Shown here one piece after another: positions 59,721 through 64,000 of a DNA stretch of 64,000 nucleotides. How positions within the stretch are numbered: the first letter of the stretch is position 1; each line of letters begins with the position of its first letter. The position numbers and the translations under genes were made by a program. The stretch is from Novosphingobium sp. (GTDB taxonomy: Bacteria > Pseudomonadota > Alphaproteobacteria > Sphingomonadales > Sphingomonadaceae), in the NCBI GenBank assembly GCA_030697365.1, contig JAUYQH010000200.1:4670-68669 (forward strand). The letters are read 5' to 3'. The notes below the pieces were generated by a model. That model ran no database searches and was not told where the DNA came from. It was given only the letters and a program-made list of their open reading frames with translations.

Positions 59721-60689
59721 TTAGCGCCGCGCGGAATAGGTCGGCTGGTATGCGCCCACGATAAATCCGTCGTAGACCGTCCGGGCGACTTGAGCGATCG
59801 TCTGCGCCCGACCCGAATGGCTGCCGGGGCCGGTGACGAACACCGCCAGCGCCACGTTGCGGCCATCGGGCAGACGGATGATTCCGACGTCGCTGGTCTG
59901 GCTCCACAATGTGCCGGTCTTGTGCGCAACCAGCGTTCCCGCGGGAAGCAGCGCCGGGATCCGGGTCTTGCCGGTCAGGCAACGGCTCATCGCGCCGAGC
60001 AGCACCGCCCGGCTCCGCGGGGTCAGCACTTCGCCGCGGTGAAGCTTGCCCAAGAGGCCCACCATTGCCGCGGGGGTCGAGCTATCGCGCTTGTCGAGGC
60101 CCAGCACCGGATCGTTCTTTTCCAGATCGTCGCGCAGCAGCGTGGCGATATCGCGATCGACCCGCTGGCCGGAAATTCCCGCAAGCTGGAGCCAGCGGGT
60201 GACCGCACCCGGGCCACCGACCGCAGCGAGCACCGCGTCGGTGGCCTGGTTGTCGCTCTTGGTGATCATCAGTTCGATCAGGCTTTGCGCGGTCAGGCTC
60301 ATCCCTTCCCGGGTGATGACCCGGCCGTCGGTGCCGGTCCGGCCGGTGCCGATGCGCAGCGGATAAGACGTGTCGAGCCGCAGGCGGCCCTCGTCGACTC
60401 CTTGCAGATAGGCCGCAGCGACCGCGATCTTCATGGTGCTGGCCATAGGGAACGCCTGCTCGGCATTGATCGTCGCCTGGCGCGTTCCGTCGATGTCGGC
60501 GGCGTAGATCCCGATACGCCCACCCGAGTTGGCGACGATCGTGCGCAATTGACTCTCGAGGGCATGGTCGATCGTGACCGAGGGGAAGTCCGCCGGGGGG
60601 GGCTGGATGGTCTGCGCGGGCAGCGGCGTCGCGAACAGCGCCAGAGTGGCGATGGCGATGGAAGCAATCCGGCTCCGTCTCGTGCTCAT
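59721..60689 (-). CDS. Class A beta-lactamase-like serine hydrolase (Glu166 apparently absent)
   Basis: Start ATG at 60689 with signal peptide; FPMASTMK (SxxK), SDN, HKTG; omega loop reads RVDRDIATL. Confidence 0.85.
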   Translation of the reverse strand: MSTRRSRIASIAIATLALFATPLPAQTIQPPPADFPSVTIDHALESQLRTIVANSGGRIGIYAADIDGTRQATINAEQAFPMASTMKIAVAAAYLQGVDEGRLRLDTSYPLRIGTGRTGTDGRVITREGMSLTAQSLIELMITKSDNQATDAVLAAVGGPGAVTRWLQLAGISGQRVDRDIATLLRDDLEKNDPVLGLDKRDSSTPAAMVGLLGKLHRGEVLTPRSRAVLLGAMSRCLTGKTRIPALLPAGTLVAHKTGTLWSQTSDVGIIRLPDGRNVALAVFVTGPGSHSGRAQTIAQVARTVYDGFIVGAYQPTYSARR

Positions 60690-60845
60690 CTTTCCGATCC
60701 CAGTCCCGAAATGAAAATTTGTGACCCAACCTCGCACGATTAAACGCAATCGGGGCAAGGTTCGCAAGCCCGGCAGCAAACGGACTGTCGCCGCAGCAAC
60801 TCCGCTGGGCTGGATATTGCCGCGCGCTTGACTAACGAAGCGTGA

Positions 60846-62186
60846 ATGACTGGATCGAATCAAACCCTTATCGACAGACTTGGCGTCGCGATGACCCGTT
60901 CGGGTCAAGACGGGCTGATTGCCGACCTCGAACGGCTGTCAGGGGGTGCCAGCATGGAGAGCTGGGCGTTCACCTGCGGCAGCGAGGCCTATGTGTTGCG
61001 CCGCGCTCCTTCCGCCGAAGTCATGGACGGGCGACCTCTCGATCATGCCAGCGAAGCAGCGCTGATCCGTGCCGTGCGCGAGGGCGGAGTAATCGCGCCC
61101 GAGGTGATCGCCGAACTGTGGCCCGATGACGGCATCGGCTCCGGCTTCGTCATGCGCCGGATCGCCGGAACGGCGGACCCGCAGGCTGCGTTGGGGTGCC
61201 ACCAGCCAGGGCGGCTGCTGGCCGAACTCGCCGCAACGCTCGCGCGAATCCACAGCGTTCCGCTTGCCAGCTTACCGATTTTGCCCCGGCTCGATCCGGG
61301 CGAGGGAGTCGAAGGCTTGGCCAGACAGTTCGCCGAGCATGGCGGCGACCGGCCGATCATCGCGCTGGGCCTGGCCTGGCTTCGCGCCAATCTGCCCCTT
61401 CCGGTCGCCGCCGGGCCTGTCCACGGCGACTTTCGCCTTGGCAATCTGATGACCCATGACGGAGCGCTCACGGGTGTCCTGGACTGGGAACTCGCCCACC
61501 TTGGCGATTTCCACGAGGACCTGGCCTACGGTTGCATGGCGGTGTGGCGATTCGGCAGCTCCAAGCCGGCCTTCGGGCTGGGCGACCTCGACGCGTTGTT
61601 CGATGCCTACGAGGCCAACGGAGGCCAGCCGGTCGATCGCGCCCGGTTTCGCTTCTGGCTGGCCTATCGCACCGTGTGGTGGGCGCTGGGCTGTCTGGGC
61701 ATGGGCCAGATGTGGCGAGGCGGGGCCGACCGCAGTCTCGAACGCGTGGTCGTCGCCCGCCGCGCCGCCGAACAGGAACTCGACCTCCTGTTGCTGCTCG
61801 AGGACGAGGCGCCCGAATCCGAACGCAACCGCCCGGTGCCGGACCCACGGCCAAGCGTTTCGACCGAATCGGGCGAGCCGAGCGCCGCCGAGATACTTTC
61901 CGCGGTCGGCGAATGGCTGGCGGCGAGCAAGGATCGCTTCACGGGGCGGGATCGCTTCGAGCACGCGGTCGCGCGCAACGCGCTGCGTATCGTCGTCCGC
62001 GAACTGGCGACCACCCCGACCGCGCGTGACAGGGACCTGGCCGGCGCCATCCTCGATGGTTCAGCTTCGCTCGCCACGCCTGGACTGCTCAGCCACCTTC
62101 GGCGCACGGCGCTCGACAAGCTTGCCGCCGACCAGCCCAAGTATCCTTCGCTCGCCATTGCCCGGGAGTCGTGGCAGGCGGACTGA
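60846..62186 (+). CDS. APH-family phosphotransferase fused to a C-terminal LvaB/DUF6285-like helical domain
   Basis: LSGGASME, VLRRAP, VHGDFRLGN, LDWELAHLGD..EDLA; C-terminal AEILSAV..W..VARNAL.IV.REL..DQPKY domain. Confidence 0.85.
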   Translation: MTGSNQTLIDRLGVAMTRSGQDGLIADLERLSGGASMESWAFTCGSEAYVLRRAPSAEVMDGRPLDHASEAALIRAVREGGVIAPEVIAELWPDDGIGSGFVMRRIAGTADPQAALGCHQPGRLLAELAATLARIHSVPLASLPILPRLDPGEGVEGLARQFAEHGGDRPIIALGLAWLRANLPLPVAAGPVHGDFRLGNLMTHDGALTGVLDWELAHLGDFHEDLAYGCMAVWRFGSSKPAFGLGDLDALFDAYEANGGQPVDRARFRFWLAYRTVWWALGCLGMGQMWRGGADRSLERVVVARRAAEQELDLLLLLEDEAPESERNRPVPDPRPSVSTESGEPSAAEILSAVGEWLAASKDRFTGRDRFEHAVARNALRIVVRELATTPTARDRDLAGAILDGSASLATPGLLSHLRRTALDKLAADQPKYPSLAIARESWQAD

Positions 62187-62209
62187 AACCGAACGGGAGA
62201 GAACATCGC

Positions 62210-63502
62210 ATGGACTTCGCCCTGCCCGCCGACCTGGTCGCCTACCTCGCCGAACTCGACGCCTTCATCGAGGCTGAGATCAAACCGCTCGAACAAGCGA
62301 ACGACAACATCCGCTTCTTCGACCACCGCCGCGAATGGGCGCGGACCGATTTCGAGAACGGCGGACTCCCGCGGCACGAGTGGGAAGACCTGCTGCGCCA
62401 GGCTCGACAAAGGGCTGACGCCGCCGGGCACTGGCGTTTTTCCGCACCCAGGAAATACGGCGGCAAGGACGGCGCCAACCTGTGGATGGCGGTGATCCGC
62501 GACCATTTCGCCGCCAAGGGCCTGGGGCTCCACAACGACCTCCAGAACGAGCACTCGATCGTCGGCAACTTCCCGTTCGTGGCGATGTTCGACGAGTTCG
62601 GCGCCGAGGCGCAGAAGCAGGAGTTCATCCTCGGCGGGTTCCAAGGCACACGCCGCGTCGCCTTCGGGTTGACCGAACCCGACCATGGCTCGGACGCCAC
62701 CCACATGGAAACCCGCGCGGTGGCCGAGACCCGCGACGGGGTGGCCGGATGGCGGATCGATGGGGCCAAGATGTGGATCACGGGCATGCATGTGGCCACC
62801 CACGTCGGGCTGTTCGCACGGACCGGCGGCGGGGCGGGGGAAGCAAAGGGCATCACCTGCTTCCTCGTCCCCAACCCGACCCCGGGGCTGACGATCGACG
62901 AGTACCTGTGGACTTTCAACATGCCCACCGACCACGCGCGGTTCTTCCTCGACGATGTGTGGGTACCCGACAGCGCGATCCTGGGCGAGGAAGGCCGCGG
63001 CCTCAGCCTCGCGCAAAGCTTCGTCCATCAGAACCGCATCCGCCAGGCCGCCTCGTCGCTGGGCGCGGCGACGTTCTGCGTCGAGGAGAGCGTGCGCTAC
63101 GCCCGTATTCGGAAACCGTTCGGCGAGGCGCTGGCGCGCAACCAGGCGATCCAGTTCCCGCTGGTCGAGTTGGCGACCCAATGCGAGATGCTCCGCCTGC
63201 TGATCTACAAGACCGCGTGGGAGATGGACAACATGCCCCACAAGGAGGTCGAGCACCGCCTCTCGGACAAGATCAGCATGTGCAACTACTGGGCCAACCG
63301 GCTGGTCTGCGAAGCCGCCGACCGCGCGATGCAGGTCCATGGCGGGATCGGATATTCGCGCCACAAGCCGTTCGAGCACATCTTCCGCCACCACCGCCGC
63401 TACCGCATCACCGAAGGCGCGGAGGAGATCCAGATGCGCAAGGTGGGGGCTTACCTGTTCGGCTATCTCGGGCCGAGGAAGGCGGAATTCGCCAATCTCT
63501 AA
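62210..63502 (+). CDS. Acyl-CoA dehydrogenase family protein
   Basis: ATG at 62210 with RBS GGGAGAG; FGLTEPDHGSDA, GAKMWIT, RKPFG, MQVHGGIG, RITEGAEEIQ. Confidence 0.95.
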   Translation: MDFALPADLVAYLAELDAFIEAEIKPLEQANDNIRFFDHRREWARTDFENGGLPRHEWEDLLRQARQRADAAGHWRFSAPRKYGGKDGANLWMAVIRDHFAAKGLGLHNDLQNEHSIVGNFPFVAMFDEFGAEAQKQEFILGGFQGTRRVAFGLTEPDHGSDATHMETRAVAETRDGVAGWRIDGAKMWITGMHVATHVGLFARTGGGAGEAKGITCFLVPNPTPGLTIDEYLWTFNMPTDHARFFLDDVWVPDSAILGEEGRGLSLAQSFVHQNRIRQAASSLGAATFCVEESVRYARIRKPFGEALARNQAIQFPLVELATQCEMLRLLIYKTAWEMDNMPHKEVEHRLSDKISMCNYWANRLVCEAADRAMQVHGGIGYSRHKPFEHIFRHHRRYRITEGAEEIQMRKVGAYLFGYLGPRKAEFANL

Positions 63503-63504
63503 CC

Positions 63505-63643
63505 CGGCATCCTGAAGCTCCGCTTGTCATCATCGGGATCAGCCCATCGACCAGTTCCGCCTTGGCGTCCCCTCGGACCATCGCCAGGAACTCGCCGATC
63601 CTGACCCCGCGCTATAGGGGGGATCGAGGACGATGTTCGCCAC
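63505..63643 (-). pseudogene. Frameshifted N-terminal remnant resembling a Uma2 (DUF820) endonuclease
   Basis: GTG at 63643 gives VANIVLDPPY; after a 1-nt frame change it reads RGVRIGEFLAMVRGDAKAELVDGLIPMMTSG, matching the Uma2 xEFLx..ELVDG.I.MM opening; then runs into the acyl-CoA dehydrogenase 3' end. Confidence 0.55.
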
Positions 63644-63674
63644 GCCGGCAGTCTAGCCGCCGCTTCAGTTATGA

Positions 63675-63711
63675 AGAAGGGGGGCCGGGGAATCGCTTCC
63701 CCGGCCCCTTA
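63675..63711 (-). terminator. Terminator downstream of groEL
   Basis: Long GC inverted repeat GGGGCCGGGGAA / TTCCCCGGCCCC. Confidence 0.8.
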
Positions 63712-63735
63712 TCTATGGCGAATGGCGGTTGGACC

Positions 63736-64000
63736 CTAGAAGTCCATGCCGCCCATGCCGCCCATGCCGCCGCCGGGCATGCCGCCCATCGCCGGCTTGT
63801 CGTCGGGCCGCTCGCTGATCGCCGCTTCGGTGGTGATCAGCAGGCCGGCGACCGAGGCCGCATCCTGCAGCGCGGTGCGGACGACCTTGGTGGGGTCGAC
63901 CACGCCCGCCGCGGCGAGATCCTCGTAGACGTCGGTCTGGGCGTTGAAGCCCTGGCTCTCGTCGCCCTCGCGCAGCAGGTTGCCACTGATCACCGCGCCG
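63736..64000 (-). CDS. groEL: Chaperonin GroEL, C-terminal part (truncated by the window edge)
   Basis: [27 protein letters not shown] and [11 protein letters not shown] tail. Confidence 0.97.
   Translation of the reverse strand, partial: GAVISGNLLREGDESQGFNAQTDVYEDLAAAGVVDPTKVVRTALQDAASVAGLLITTEAAISERPDDKPAMGGMPGGGMGGMGGMDF

Overview
High-GC alphaproteobacterial chromosome segment, most likely Sphingomonadales (inferred from the CtrA, EcfG-type promoters, hisS-prfA-prmC-DUF4167 synteny and typical intergenic palindromic elements). Most of the window is core genome: folD, argB, mutS, maeB, trmB, ctrA, rpoN, lptB, pmbA, ppa, hisS, prfA, prmC, lnt, metK, scoA/scoB, polA and the 3' end of groEL. 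I saw no transposase, prophage, tRNA/rRNA or CRISPR array. The main candidate for an undescribed system is at 17639-25135. There a tightly coupled operon encodes (1) a cytoplasmic FAD/NAD(P) oxidoreductase fused to two cyclic-nucleotide-binding domains and a four-cluster [4Fe-4S] domain, (2) a membrane protein with two H-X13-H putative b-heme ligand pairs, (3) an FHA-like/TM/10xCXXCH decaheme cytochrome c, and (4) a CpdA-like cyclic-nucleotide phosphodiesterase. A CcmI/NrfG-like TPR gene is transcribed divergently. Together these suggest a cNMP-gated trans-membrane electron conduit; this is inference and untested. Other items of note: a Cdc48/p97-type ATPase behind a perfect EcfG promoter, a type III PKS-methyltransferase-flavoprotein triad, the separated HAD/kinase/ACAD modules reminiscent of ACAD10/Lva, a candidate anti-SD sRNA, an output-less PDZ-TM-GAF sensor with mosaic GC, a low-GC hisS 3' end, an orphan lysozyme, a class A beta-lactamase-like protein lacking Glu166, five different palindromic repeat elements and a Uma2 remnant. 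All assignments come from motif reading by eye; no database search was run.
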